A DNA stretch of 64,000 nucleotides from Candidatus Sericytochromatia bacterium (GTDB lineage: Bacteria > Cyanobacteriota > Sericytochromatia > S15B-MN24 > JAQBPE01), in NCBI GenBank assembly GCA_040400605.1, contig JBBAPZ010000004.1, forward strand, positions 16,721 through 80,720, given 5' to 3'. A model generated the notes under the pieces. The model saw nothing but the letters and a program-made list of their open reading frames with translations, was not told the DNA's origin and searched no databases. Shown here one piece after another: positions 47,858-58,188 of the stretch (the first letter of the stretch is position 1; every line of letters starts with the position of its first letter). The translations under genes and the position numbers were made by a program.

Positions 47858-48049
47858 ACGAGACTGGGAGCGTGTTCGAGCCCAATCCCATGCCCTTCGC
47901 GGCATCGCAGGGACACAGGGATTCCCGCGATTCACCGTCTTTGCCGGTGAACTCGCGGATCACACTCCCTTCGGGCACTTCGCTGAGGCCCATGAGGCAC
48001 TCGAGGCACTTCGAAGCATCGTTGCCCAAACCAAGCGCGAAAGGTTGTC

Positions 48050-48892
48050 GTGATGGTGTATCGTTTACCCTTGAGCCTGCTGCCAGTCGCTTTGCTGGCC
48101 GGGTGTTTTGGCATGCCCCGATTCGATGAAGGGACGTCTGCCAACATGACGAACAAACAATGCCTGACGATCGCTCATCGTGGTGCGAGTCGGTATGCAC
48201 CTGAAAATACCATCGAAGCTTTTTTGAAAGCGTTCGAGCAGGGTGCGGATACGGTTGAGCTTGATGTTCGCTTGACCGCGGATGGGCAATTGGTCGTGAT
48301 GCACGATGCGGAAGTTGATCGCACCACGGATGGTCACGGTGCCGTACGCGACTTGACCTTGGCCCAATTGAAAAAACTGGATGCCGGCTCTTGGTTTAAT
48401 CCACGCTACAAAGGCGCAACGATCCCGACGCTTGCCGAAGCCTTGCGGGCAATCAAAAGGCGCGACGGGGCGGTGTTGGTGGAAATCAAGACGCCTGAGT
48501 CCGCATTGGTACCGATGCTCGTGGCCAATTGCATTCGCGCTGAAAACATGCGCAATGCCGCAAGTGTCATTTCGTTTCACACCACACCTTTGAATGTCAT
48601 CAAAAAATACTGGCCCGACCTGCGCTTGGGGCATCTGGTGTTCCCCCATCATCATCAACTCCACCAAAGTTGGCCAAGCGCCTATCAATTGGCACTCGGA
48701 TTTGGTGGGCGTCTGGATCGTGATGTGATTGGTTCATTGCACCGTCAAGGGCATACCGTGTATGCCTGGACCATCAATAGCGCCAACGACATGGTCAGGT
48801 TGATGAGCGATGGAATTGACGGCATCATCACCGATGATCCGGCCTTGCACCGGCGTATCAAAAGTCAGTCCGAAGCCAGGCTTTCAGAATGA
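48050..48892 (+). CDS. Glycerophosphodiester phosphodiesterase, probable lipoprotein
   Basis: Lipobox LLAGC; AHRGAS..APENT, ELDV, HD..VDRTT, VEIK, WT, GIITD. Confidence 0.92.
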   Translation: MMVYRLPLSLLPVALLAGCFGMPRFDEGTSANMTNKQCLTIAHRGASRYAPENTIEAFLKAFEQGADTVELDVRLTADGQLVVMHDAEVDRTTDGHGAVRDLTLAQLKKLDAGSWFNPRYKGATIPTLAEALRAIKRRDGAVLVEIKTPESALVPMLVANCIRAENMRNAASVISFHTTPLNVIKKYWPDLRLGHLVFPHHHQLHQSWPSAYQLALGFGGRLDRDVIGSLHRQGHTVYAWTINSANDMVRLMSDGIDGIITDDPALHRRIKSQSEARLSE

Positions 48893-50094
48893 CCGGTCAA
48901 GCGGGCACGTGCGTCGGCCGCCCACTCACTTAAAAAATGCCAGATGCGTGTCGCAGCTTCGCGTTTAGACAACAGTGGCAGACTGAGACGTTGCCCATCG
49001 CGATCAAAGATCACCACCTCGTTGGTTTCAACATCGAAACCGCTTCCTGGGCGGCTGACGTCGTTTGCGATGATCAAGTCAACCCCTTTGCGTCGGCATT
49101 TGGCGATCGCTGCAGCCGCCACATCACCCGTTTCTGCGGCAAAACCAACCAGCAACTGCCCCGGTAACCGATTGGCACCCAACTCGGTTAGAATGTCCGG
49201 CGTCGGTACCAGTTCCAACAACCAGTTGGCACCGTCTTTCTTGCGTTTGCGCTCAAGCATCGACTTCGGCCGATAATCCGCCACCGCAGCACACATAACG
49301 ACCCAGTCTGCACCACCCTGCGCGGCCAGCATCGCTGATCGCATCTCCTCAGCACTCTCCACCTTGATTCGTTGACAACCAACCGCGCTTAACGACGATG
49401 TGGTAACAAGTGTCACGTGTGCGCCGCGTTGCGCAGCATCCTCCGCAAGGGCGTGCCCCATCCGGCCACTGGAACGGTTGCCAAGAAACCGAACCGGGTC
49501 CAACGCCTCCTTGGTTCCACCAGCACTGATGAGTATGTGACGCCCTGCCAGGTCCCGGCGATTGCCGCTCAGCCGTTCGATCGCGGCAATAATGCGTTCC
49601 AGCGATGCGAGACGACCTTCCCCCGTATCACCGCAGGCCATTTCGCCAACTTCGGGTTCCACGACGTGCACCCCGCGTGAACGCAAACAAACCAAATTTT
49701 CCTGGGTCGCCGGGTGTGACCACATCCGCGGGTTCATGGCCGGCACAACCAGAACCGGCGCATCAACAGCCAGCAACGTGGTGCTCAGCAAGTCATCGGC
49801 CAACCCGGCACGCATGCGCGCCAAAACATCCGCGGTGGCTGGACAAACCACCGCAAGATCGATACCGCGCCCAAGCTCAATGTGTGCAATACCACCAACG
49901 GTACGATCATCCCACAAATCAACCGCGACGGGTTGCCTCGCGATCGCCTCAAAGGTCAAAGGCGTGACGAAACGACAAGCAGACGATGACATCACGACGC
50001 GCAGCGTGTGCCCACCCCGACGCAAGTAGGACGCGAGTTCGACAGACTTGTAAGCGGCAATGCCACCCGACACTGCCAGCAAAATGGTCGCCAC
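48865..50094 (-). CDS. coaBC: Phosphopantothenoylcysteine decarboxylase/ligase
   Basis: SGGIAAYK, PAMNPRMW, DPVRFLGNRSSGRMG, AAVADY, GFAAET. Confidence 0.96.
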   Translation of the reverse strand: MATILLAVSGGIAAYKSVELASYLRRGGHTLRVVMSSSACRFVTPLTFEAIARQPVAVDLWDDRTVGGIAHIELGRGIDLAVVCPATADVLARMRAGLADDLLSTTLLAVDAPVLVVPAMNPRMWSHPATQENLVCLRSRGVHVVEPEVGEMACGDTGEGRLASLERIIAAIERLSGNRRDLAGRHILISAGGTKEALDPVRFLGNRSSGRMGHALAEDAAQRGAHVTLVTTSSLSAVGCQRIKVESAEEMRSAMLAAQGGADWVVMCAAVADYRPKSMLERKRKKDGANWLLELVPTPDILTELGANRLPGQLLVGFAAETGDVAAAAIAKCRRKGVDLIIANDVSRPGSGFDVETNEVVIFDRDGQRLSLPLLSKREAATRIWHFLSEWAADARARLTGHSESLASD

Positions 50095-50110
50095 GGCTGC
50101 CCGCGACTTT

Positions 50111-50317
50111 TTACATCAAAACGCTCTCGCGTTCCTTGCGCTTTTGTTCAGCCAATTCCTTCAGTGCCATTTTGATCGGCTTATTGGCTTCAGGATGGCT
50201 GTAGAAACTCACATCGTCCCGAATGCCCTTGGCCCGGCGCGCAACCGTCAGAACCAACTCATATTTGTTGTGCGCGTGGTTCAGCAACTCCTGCGCCCTG
50301 TCTTGCATGCCTGACAT
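50111..50317 (-). CDS. rpoZ: RNA polymerase omega subunit
   Basis: NKYELVLTVARRAK...KPIKMALKE; position between gmk and coaBC. Confidence 0.9.
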   Translation of the reverse strand: MSGMQDRAQELLNHAHNKYELVLTVARRAKGIRDDVSFYSHPEANKPIKMALKELAEQKRKERESVLM

Positions 50318-50345
50318 AACTGTCCTCTCTTTCGTTTCAGAAGCC

Positions 50346-50975
50346 TTAACGAGCCAAGTGTCGCGTGACTTTACAATGCTCTGCCATCATTATCGCCTGA
50401 ACTTTTTCGATCGCCAAGTCCAGCTCGTCATTCACCACCTGATAATCGTAGAAGGGCAAGTAGTTCAACTCATCGTGCGCGATCGCAATACGGGTGCGCA
50501 CCGCTTCAGCAGCCTCCGTCTGACGATGCGCCAAGCGTTTTGCCAATTCATCCATCGTAGGCGGCAAAACAAAAATATAAACGGCATGGGGCAGGCGCTC
50601 TTTGACTTGTATGGCACCTTTTGTGTCGATTTCCAAAATGACGTCAAACCCCTGATGCAGTTGGTTTTCGACAAACCCCCTCGGCGTCCCGTAATACCCT
50701 TTGGCATACTGTGCGTACTCCAAAAGCTGCCCGGACTCCATCAAGCCCTGGAACTGATCGACACTGCGAAAATGATAATGAATCCCATCTTTTTCACCGA
50801 CGCGTGGCTCGCGCGTTGTCACGGAGACGGACAACGTGAGATTGGCGTCACGAGTCACCAGCTCACGAACAATCGTTCCCTTCCCCACGCCCGATGGGCC
50901 AGAAATGACAAAGGCAATGCCACGCCGCCCAGTGTGCCTGTCTCGGTCTCGAAGGCTCGCCTCAATCAGACTCAT
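50346..50975 (-). CDS. gmk: Guanylate kinase
   Basis: [36 protein letters not shown]. Confidence 0.96.
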   Translation of the reverse strand: MSLIEASLRDRDRHTGRRGIAFVISGPSGVGKGTIVRELVTRDANLTLSVSVTTREPRVGEKDGIHYHFRSVDQFQGLMESGQLLEYAQYAKGYYGTPRGFVENQLHQGFDVILEIDTKGAIQVKERLPHAVYIFVLPPTMDELAKRLAHRQTEAAEAVRTRIAIAHDELNYLPFYDYQVVNDELDLAIEKVQAIMMAEHCKVTRHLAR

Positions 50976-51237
50976 GCGCGCCGCTTCCAATTCCTTCCTT
51001 GCCACTAAAACGCAATGCCAACGTCTCCGGCTGTATGGAGGACAGTACCACGTGCCCGCTATCCATCACAAGAACACCGCGCGTTTTACGACCGCAGGTC
51101 GCATCGATGATACGCCCTGACTCCCTGGCCTCAAGAATCAACCGCTTAACTGGAGCTGAATCAGGCGAGACAACTGCAATGACGCGACTCGCCGACACAC
51201 TGCTGCCCAATCCCACATTGACCAACCGAAATACCAC
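50962..51237 (-). CDS. remA: RemA/DUF370 family protein
   Basis: [44 protein letters not shown]. Confidence 0.93.
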   Translation of the reverse strand: MVFRLVNVGLGSSVSASRVIAVVSPDSAPVKRLILEARESGRIIDATCGRKTRGVLVMDSGHVVLSSIQPETLALRFSGKEGIGSGAHESD

Positions 51238-51294
51238 GGCTGCGCCTCACTTCACCCATCAACCCACACGCGCACAGTGGAAATCATTACCCTG

Positions 51295-51744
51295 TCACTG
51301 CGCCCATTTGGCCGGAAAGAAACGCGCCAAAGCGGCCAAAGCAGGGGGCAAGACCAAGGGGGCAGGTTTTACTTCTACCGCCAAATCCGGTGCCTGAGCC
51401 AATGTTTGGGATGCCGTCACAGTTTTGACCGGTATTTCCTCCGCTTTGACCAGACCCAACTGGGCGCGCGCCAAACGCTCAATCCCGGCGTCCGTCCCGG
51501 CGAGGCGAATGCTCTCCTCCACCGTTTCATATTGGGCAGTCAACTTGGTGTGCTCTCGCGCAACAAAAACTGCCCGTTGATGCAGGTGATACTCCTGCAC
51601 ACACAATTTTACAATCATCCATGTCAAATACACCGCGAACAGGACAAATCCGACACGGGGATACCAGTTCGATGCGCTCAGACGAGGACGCTGCATCACA
51701 ACCATGTCCTGTTTTGTTGACCGGCTCGACACCTGCCTTGCCAT
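51295..51744 (-). CDS. Septum formation initiator family (FtsB/DivIC-like)
   Basis: Single TM, coiled coil, IERLARAQLGLVKAEE motif. Confidence 0.75.
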   Translation of the reverse strand: MARQVSSRSTKQDMVVMQRPRLSASNWYPRVGFVLFAVYLTWMIVKLCVQEYHLHQRAVFVAREHTKLTAQYETVEESIRLAGTDAGIERLARAQLGLVKAEEIPVKTVTASQTLAQAPDLAVEVKPAPLVLPPALAALARFFPAKWAQ

Positions 51745-52045
51745 CGCCTCGCTCCTGTCCAGATAATTCGTCGTAGTTGAGCCGGAAGCCCTGCGTTAAC
51801 CGTAACCGCTTGACACCTCATCGTCAAGTTTGCACAAGGTTTTTTTAACATAATGTTAGAAACTTGTTTTAAACAAATTAAACGCCCAATGTTCAATCTG
51901 GCTGAAACATTTGGTGTATACTGAGTTTGAGCTTAACGTGCCTCGCGTGTTTGCTCTGTGTTCTCAAGCACATGACAGGACACGCGCAGGCCCGTGACGA
52001 ATCGATTCGAAACAGACGGCGTGTAAATGATGACAGGGTTGGACG

Positions 52046-53284
52046 ATGACCACATTGCCTCCATTGGAACAGCGACCCCGTGTGGGCAATGAAGAAGCGT
52101 TGACTAAGTTGACGATTCGTAAAGGCAAGGAAGCGCGGGTGGCGGGTGGCTATCCGTGGGTTTTTGCCGGGGAGGTGTATCGTTTGCCGCCCGCTGAACT
52201 GGATGGCGAGTTAGTGATCGTCGAGGATCATCGGGGACGCTTTCTTGGTCAGGGGTTGGTGAACAGTCAATCGAACATCTTGGTTCGATTGTTGTCGCGT
52301 CAGCGTGAGACCATTGATCAGGCTTTTTTTGAACAGCGTTTACGGCAGGCGGTCGTGTTCAGAACCCGGTATGCGGGTTTGCGTGGTGGGTCTGACGACG
52401 CGTGTCGCTTGGTACATGCAGAGGCAGATGGTTTACCGGGATTGATTGTTGACCGCTACGCCGATTACTTGGTCGTGCAGGCATTGTCCTTGGGGATGAG
52501 TCGCCGCCTTCCGATGTTGGTTGAGATTCTGGTTGAGCTGCTCAGCCCACGGGGTGTTTATGAGCGCAGTGATGTGTTGGTGCGTGCCCTGGAGGGGTTG
52601 GAGCAACGGAGTGGCCTGTTATGGGGTGCCTTACCGCCGGATGATTTGATCATCAATGAGGGGGGAATGCGGTTTCGGGTTGATGTGGTGAATGGTCAAA
52701 AGACCGGATTTTTTCTCGACCAGCGGCTCAATCGGGCACGGGTGCGGGATTTGGCACAGGGACGTGTTCTGAATACATTTTGCTATACGGGCGGTTTTTC
52801 GATTGCGGCGGCGCTCGGTGCTGCGACCGAGGTGGTATCGATTGATATCTCGGCCGATGCAGTTCGCTTGGGCGCTTTGAATGCCGGGTTGAATGGAGTG
52901 AGTGAGCGTTGTGTCTGGCGCGAGGCAAACGCATTTGATGCGTTGCGTGAGTTGGAAAAGTCAGACGAGCGCTTCGATATGGTGATTTTGGACCCCCCTG
53001 CGTTTACGAAGAATAAAGGATCGATACCGGGTGCTTTGCGAGGCTACAAGGAAATCAACCTGCGTGCTTTGCGTCTTTTGAATCCCGGTGGCGTTTTGGT
53101 GACCAGTTCCTGTTCTCACCATATCAGTCCGGCCATGTTTACCGAGATTCTGGCTAGCGCGGCAGGAGATACCCGGAAGCGTGTGCGTGTGATCGCTTCG
53201 TGTGGCGCATCCCCCGATCACCCGGTGTTGCCGAGTGCACCGGAAACCGACTACCTCAAGTGCTTGTTCGCCGAGGTCCATTGA
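52046..53284 (+). CDS. rlmI: RlmI/RlmK-like class I SAM rRNA methyltransferase
   Basis: PWVF.GE, EADGLPGLIVDRY, GQKTGFFLDQR, FCYTGGF, LDPPAF, DHP..YLK. Confidence 0.88.
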   Translation: MTTLPPLEQRPRVGNEEALTKLTIRKGKEARVAGGYPWVFAGEVYRLPPAELDGELVIVEDHRGRFLGQGLVNSQSNILVRLLSRQRETIDQAFFEQRLRQAVVFRTRYAGLRGGSDDACRLVHAEADGLPGLIVDRYADYLVVQALSLGMSRRLPMLVEILVELLSPRGVYERSDVLVRALEGLEQRSGLLWGALPPDDLIINEGGMRFRVDVVNGQKTGFFLDQRLNRARVRDLAQGRVLNTFCYTGGFSIAAALGAATEVVSIDISADAVRLGALNAGLNGVSERCVWREANAFDALRELEKSDERFDMVILDPPAFTKNKGSIPGALRGYKEINLRALRLLNPGGVLVTSSCSHHISPAMFTEILASAAGDTRKRVRVIASCGASPDHPVLPSAPETDYLKCLFAEVH

Positions 53285-53405
53285 CTAGGGTATCGGCCGC
53301 TTGAGTCACTGATGCCTGGTGGTGCGCGGTTGACGCGCGCGCGAATGTCAGACCGTACAATTGCCGCTTATGGATTGTTTACCTTCGTGATTGGTGCAAT
53401 GGGTG

Positions 53406-53786
53406 TCAGGGGGTAGCAGGGGGCGATTCCGGCGTGAGGATCGGGTTATTGACCAAAATGGCGACGTCAAGGAGGACGACCTCATTGCCGCCTGGGTTGG
53501 CGATCGCCTTCACAAAGTGAACACCGTTGTCAATTTGCCGGGTGTCGTAGTCAATTGACCAATCCGGGCCTTGCGTGTCCATACCCACTTCGACGTTGTC
53601 GACCAGGAATTTGACGCCCTCGACGGTCTGGCTGGTGTTTGTCAAATCCGCGCTCAGCGTCGTGGTGCCGGAGATTGGTGTAAACACAGGCGCCGTGTTG
53701 ATACCCCTGCCTGTGCAAGCGACGAGCAGGAAGCCACACAAGCCACTGCCAACCAACAGCCTGATCAAGAATTTGCGAGTTTGCAC
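53406..53786 (-). CDS. Small lipoprotein with an Ig-like domain
   Basis: Lipobox LVAC; VKFLVD..., W.I.YDT..I.NG.H.VKAIA. Confidence 0.65.
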   Translation of the reverse strand: MQTRKFLIRLLVGSGLCGFLLVACTGRGINTAPVFTPISGTTTLSADLTNTSQTVEGVKFLVDNVEVGMDTQGPDWSIDYDTRQIDNGVHFVKAIANPGGNEVVLLDVAILVNNPILTPESPPATP

Positions 53787-53789
53787 GGC

Positions 53790-55541
53790 TTAAAATCTCC
53801 ATCCCAGACGTGCGGCAGGTCCGCTTCTTTGATAGGCGTACGTTCCATCAAAGGACCTCAGACCAACCAAACCATACCCCAGTGACAGCCGCACGGCGTC
53901 GAACTGACAATACACGGCCGGGGTTGCCCCATAGCGCAGAAGCAAGTTGTTGGCTGACGCTGAGTCGGAGAGGTGTCCAAAAAGATAACTGCCAAGCCCG
54001 GCGTTCAATTCAAATCCGAGTGTGTCCATCACGCGATAGTCGCCCAACAGGTTCAGCATCGGACCGTGCCACAGGGCCAAGGGTGTGTTAAGCAGAGAGT
54101 CACCGCCTTGGGGCGTTGGAATGGACGAGCCGGGGATGGTGTTGGCGGAATTGGGATCCGCGCTGAACTGAATCGCCTCGTTCGCAAGCGTTCGCACCCC
54201 ATAGCCGAACGACAGTATTTGTGTGTTTTCTGCAACTTTGAAGGCATAAGCCGCACCGAGCATCGCTTCGAGTTCCTGGCGAATACGTCCCGTCAAGTTG
54301 GCGGTCTGCTCGTCGCTGATGGCTGTGCGCAAGTGGTCCAGTTCAGCAAACAAACCCCACTCCGAAGCCAGCGGGACAACCAGTCGCGCACCCTGCGACG
54401 TGCCAGCGCTTGACGCGTTAAAATTCGTCGCATTCGGGCGTTCGCCCCGCTCGCTTAAACCGGTGAGAAACAGTCCTTTTGAGGACACCTCGCCCCACTT
54501 GTTGTCATCAGATGCCGGGATGGGTGCTGGCGACGGGCTCTCCGTCGCAGGGGACATCGTTGGAATCGGGCTCTGAAGCCCGGTGTCGCTGGGCGAGGGC
54601 TCTGTCGATGGCAGGATGATCGGTTCCGCCGCTTCCGGCGGCGGCGTCAGAATCACCATCCCGGGCGCAAGTGAGGGTATCGGACGTTTTGTTGGTAGCG
54701 GCAACGGCAGACTAGTGGGGCCTGGAGAAGGGGATGGCGTGACTGTCGGTCGCGGCGCGGGTTTGGCCGGTCGACTGGCTGGTTTGGGCGTCTTTTTCGC
54801 GGCAGGCGATGGCTTCTGGGCAGGACTCGTCCGTTTAGGCGTTTCCTTGATTGACACGGAGAAACGCAACAGGCCCTCCTGGGGGTCACGACTGACATTC
54901 AACTCGGAATAGGCATTGGTTTTTACCTTGATGATGACGGTATCGCGTTGGGCGTTCTCTGTTTTGGGTCCGACCGTATACATCAGGTCCGCGTTGCCGT
55001 GCCGTTGAATCAAGGTTTGCGTTCGGGCCGTTTCGACTAAGGGTGACTGCGTGGCGATTGGGCTGCTTGCAGGGTTTTGCGCAGCAGGCGCGGGCGAGCC
55101 TGGTGCTGCGGTGGCCGAACGCTCAGTCGCGTCGTTCACCGCGGTTTGGGTCTGGAAAGTGATTTGCCGGGACTTGGCATCATGCACGGCAATGACACGG
55201 GTGGCGCGATCAAATTGCAGCACCAAGCGGACTTGACGCTGCCCGCGCTTTGCCATGCTCCACTGTGTCAAAGACCCGCCTTTGGGAAGGGACCGAACCT
55301 GCAGGCCTCGAATGGCTGTTTGTGCCTCAAAATCGAAATAAACCCGATGCGGATTTTGTAAGGTATCCGATGCAAACGGCCGCAAGTTGCCGTGATAGCG
55401 CAGGGTCAGGACCTGTCTCTTGGCGTCGTATCTGGGCAAATCCAGTGTGGTTGCCGTAGTTGCCGCATCGACGGGTTGCGCGTAAGCGGCAATTGTACCA
55501 ATCAGTGCTACAGATGCTCCCAAGCGGCCGATATGTATCAT
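53790..55541 (-). CDS. AMIN-like domain, Pro-rich linker and C-terminal outer-membrane beta-barrel protein
   Basis: Signal peptide; L.NPHRVYFDF and QVRLVL AMIN-like motifs; PSPSP linker; alternating strands ending LGWRF. Confidence 0.65.
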   Translation of the reverse strand: MIHIGRLGASVALIGTIAAYAQPVDAATTATTLDLPRYDAKRQVLTLRYHGNLRPFASDTLQNPHRVYFDFEAQTAIRGLQVRSLPKGGSLTQWSMAKRGQRQVRLVLQFDRATRVIAVHDAKSRQITFQTQTAVNDATERSATAAPGSPAPAAQNPASSPIATQSPLVETARTQTLIQRHGNADLMYTVGPKTENAQRDTVIIKVKTNAYSELNVSRDPQEGLLRFSVSIKETPKRTSPAQKPSPAAKKTPKPASRPAKPAPRPTVTPSPSPGPTSLPLPLPTKRPIPSLAPGMVILTPPPEAAEPIILPSTEPSPSDTGLQSPIPTMSPATESPSPAPIPASDDNKWGEVSSKGLFLTGLSERGERPNATNFNASSAGTSQGARLVVPLASEWGLFAELDHLRTAISDEQTANLTGRIRQELEAMLGAAYAFKVAENTQILSFGYGVRTLANEAIQFSADPNSANTIPGSSIPTPQGGDSLLNTPLALWHGPMLNLLGDYRVMDTLGFELNAGLGSYLFGHLSDSASANNLLLRYGATPAVYCQFDAVRLSLGYGLVGLRSFDGTYAYQRSGPAARLGWRF

Positions 55542-55717
55542 ACCTGATGTGCCTCGCTCCATTTCGCTATCATCTTAGCAAATGCGTGTCTCAATTGACT
55601 GTGAGCGGTGCACCCTGAATGTCGTTATGTTTCATTTGGAACCGGCCGGTCGTGGTAGGATCGGTGGGATGAAACAGATGCTGACAGGGTCAATACAGTG
55701 TGCGAGGAGAAGGACCA

Positions 55718-56452
55718 ATGGCCAGGTTTGATGGACGTGCGGCGGGTGAGTTACGCCCGGTGACGATTGAAAGGGGTTTCACACGCCACGCTGAAGGATC
55801 GGTCCTCATCAGTGCAGGCGATACCAGGGTCTTGGTCACGGCATCAATCGAGGACAAGGTGCCGCCTTTCCTTCGTAATACCGGGCAAGGCTGGTTGACG
55901 GCTGAATATGCGCTTTTGCCACGTTCCACGCACACAAGGAGCGCCAGAGAGTCGGCACAGGGGCGTGTTGGCGGAAGAACCCACGAGATTCAGCGTTTGA
56001 TCGGACGTTCGCTGCGTGCGTGTGTGGACCTGGGCAAGCTTGGCGAGCGAACAATCACCATTGATTGCGATGTGCTGCAAGCGGATGGGGGTACACGCAC
56101 GGCGGCAATTACGGGCGCGTATGTCGCGTTGGTTGATGCGTTGACCTGGTTGAAATCGCAACGCTTGCTTGGGCAGATCCCTTTGGTGGATCAACTCGCC
56201 GCTATCTCGGTGGGTGTGGTCGACGGTGTTGAACTGCTTGATCTGTGTTATGAAGAGGATTCGCGGGCAGCCGTTGACATGAACGTGGTGGGACTGGCCA
56301 GTGGCAAACTGGTCGAGGTGCAGTCAACGGCGGAAGGAACACCCTTCGAACGTCGACAACTCGATGGGATGCTCGATCTCGCCCAAGCAGGCTTGACAGA
56401 ACTCTTTATCAAACAAAATCAGGCACTGGGCATGTCAAACGTATCCGTCTGA
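55718..56452 (+). CDS. rph: Ribonuclease PH
   Basis: [54 protein letters not shown]. Confidence 0.97.
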   Translation: MARFDGRAAGELRPVTIERGFTRHAEGSVLISAGDTRVLVTASIEDKVPPFLRNTGQGWLTAEYALLPRSTHTRSARESAQGRVGGRTHEIQRLIGRSLRACVDLGKLGERTITIDCDVLQADGGTRTAAITGAYVALVDALTWLKSQRLLGQIPLVDQLAAISVGVVDGVELLDLCYEEDSRAAVDMNVVGLASGKLVEVQSTAEGTPFERRQLDGMLDLAQAGLTELFIKQNQALGMSNVSV

Positions 56453-56964
56453 GACACATTCTAAGGGCACAACGCCCTTGCGCCGCGCCACACTGCCTGT
56501 CGTACGCGGCTCTCCACGAAAACGATCCAAGATGAATCATTTGAGCCTGCACTGTCTCTAGTGGTCGCCACAATGGCTACCACAGGAGATGGCTTGCTTG
56601 CGGTCCACCCTTGGCTGAAACATTTTTCAGCTTGTCTGTTTCACGCCATTTTGGCACAAAGGGTTTCGATATCGCTCAGGTACCCGTTGGCACCAATGCG
56701 TTTTAAAGGACGATTCAGCATGGTGGTTTAAACCCGCGTCAACGCTCATTGCTCCCGTTGAGGATGCTTTGAGCTGATCTGTCAGACGTTTTTGATTCGG
56801 TGACCCGGCTACTTCTTCATACGCCATGGACAGGCTTTTTCCGTCATGGCTGACAAGGGCGATTGGGACTGGTTCGCGCATGATGAACCAGTCTCGCGTT
56901 GTGCCAAGCCTCTGCATCTTCGTACCCGGCGGTGGCGCTCGCGACAGTCGCAAGGAGGTTCCTG

Positions 56965-58188
56965 GTGAAAGCTGCTCATACGACATTGAACTCAGTGCGC
57001 GAGCCAAGACCCGCGCGTGAAGAGTTTTTGGTTTTTGGTGCCCCATTGATTGAGCAAGAAGAAATCGATGAGGTTGTGGATACCTTGCGTTCCGGTTGGT
57101 TGGGCACAGGGCCCAAGACCAAAGCTTTTGAGGCCGCGTTCGCTCAATACATCGGGACGCCTCACGCGATTGCCTTGAATTCGTGCACGGCAGGCTTGCA
57201 TCTCGTTCTGGATGCCTGGGGCATCGGGCCCGGTGATGAGGTGATTACCAGCACATTGACCTTTGCTGCGACCGCGAATGTCATTTGTCACGTGGGGGCT
57301 CGTCCCATCTTTGTGGATGTTGACCCCGATACGATGAACATGGATCCTGACGCACTCGAATCGGCGATCACGCCCCGAACCCGAGCGATCATTCCAGTCC
57401 ACTTTGCGGGGCGCCCGTGTCAGATGGCGCGCATCATGACCATTGCCAGACGTTATGGTCTCAAGGTTCTGGAGGATGCGGCACACGCCACGGAAGCCTG
57501 GTACGGTCCACAAAAAGTCGGCACCATCGGCGACGCGGCGGCTTTCAGCTTTTACAGCACCAAGAATCTCGTGACCGGTGAGGGTGGCATGGTAACGACC
57601 GCTGATGACCAGTTGGCGGAGACGGTTCGGATTCGCAGTCTGCACGGCATCAGCAAAGATGCCTGGAAACGCTACGGCCAGGAGGGGTATCAGCCCTATG
57701 AGTGCCTGTATCCCGGCTACAAATACAACATGATGGATCTTCAGGCATCGATTGGCAATCATCAATTGGCCAAGCTGGAGCGTTTCTGGCTGATTCGCGA
57801 TCGCCACTGGCAACGTTATCAAACAGCCTTTCGTGATTGCAAGGCATTGACGCTTCCTTGCCCCGATGATCCGATTGGCCGTCACGCCCGCCACCTCTAC
57901 ACGATTCTGCTTAACCCCGTCCACACTCCCATCAAGCGGGTCGAATTCATGGAAGCCCTGCGCCAGCAAAAAATCGGCACCGGCGTTCACTTTACGGCTT
58001 TGCACCTCCATCCGTTCTATCGACAACGCTTCGGGTACCGTAGCGGACAGTTTCCGGTTGCGGAGGCCATCGCAGAAACAACCGTGTCTTTGCCCTTGTC
58101 TCCCAAGATGAGCACGGACGATGTGGAGGACGTCATTGCGGCGGTCCGACGCGCACTGGACACTTCGGTCGGCAGTTGTCATGCGTGA
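56965..58188 (+). CDS. DegT/DnrJ/EryC1/StrS nucleotide-sugar aminotransferase
   Basis: RBS AAGGAGG + GTG; SGWLGTGP, NSCTAGL, EDAAH, FSFYSTKNLVTGEGG. Confidence 0.92.
   Translation: MKAAHTTLNSVREPRPAREEFLVFGAPLIEQEEIDEVVDTLRSGWLGTGPKTKAFEAAFAQYIGTPHAIALNSCTAGLHLVLDAWGIGPGDEVITSTLTFAATANVICHVGARPIFVDVDPDTMNMDPDALESAITPRTRAIIPVHFAGRPCQMARIMTIARRYGLKVLEDAAHATEAWYGPQKVGTIGDAAAFSFYSTKNLVTGEGGMVTTADDQLAETVRIRSLHGISKDAWKRYGQEGYQPYECLYPGYKYNMMDLQASIGNHQLAKLERFWLIRDRHWQRYQTAFRDCKALTLPCPDDPIGRHARHLYTILLNPVHTPIKRVEFMEALRQQKIGTGVHFTALHLHPFYRQRFGYRSGQFPVAEAIAETTVSLPLSPKMSTDDVEDVIAAVRRALDTSVGSCHA

Noticed and set aside
51841..51870. Possible dif site (reverse strand reads ...TTATGTTAAAA, like the XerD arm)
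   Set aside because: The position where the XerC arm should be (AAAACAAGTTT) does not resemble the consensus; better explained as a promoter palindrome
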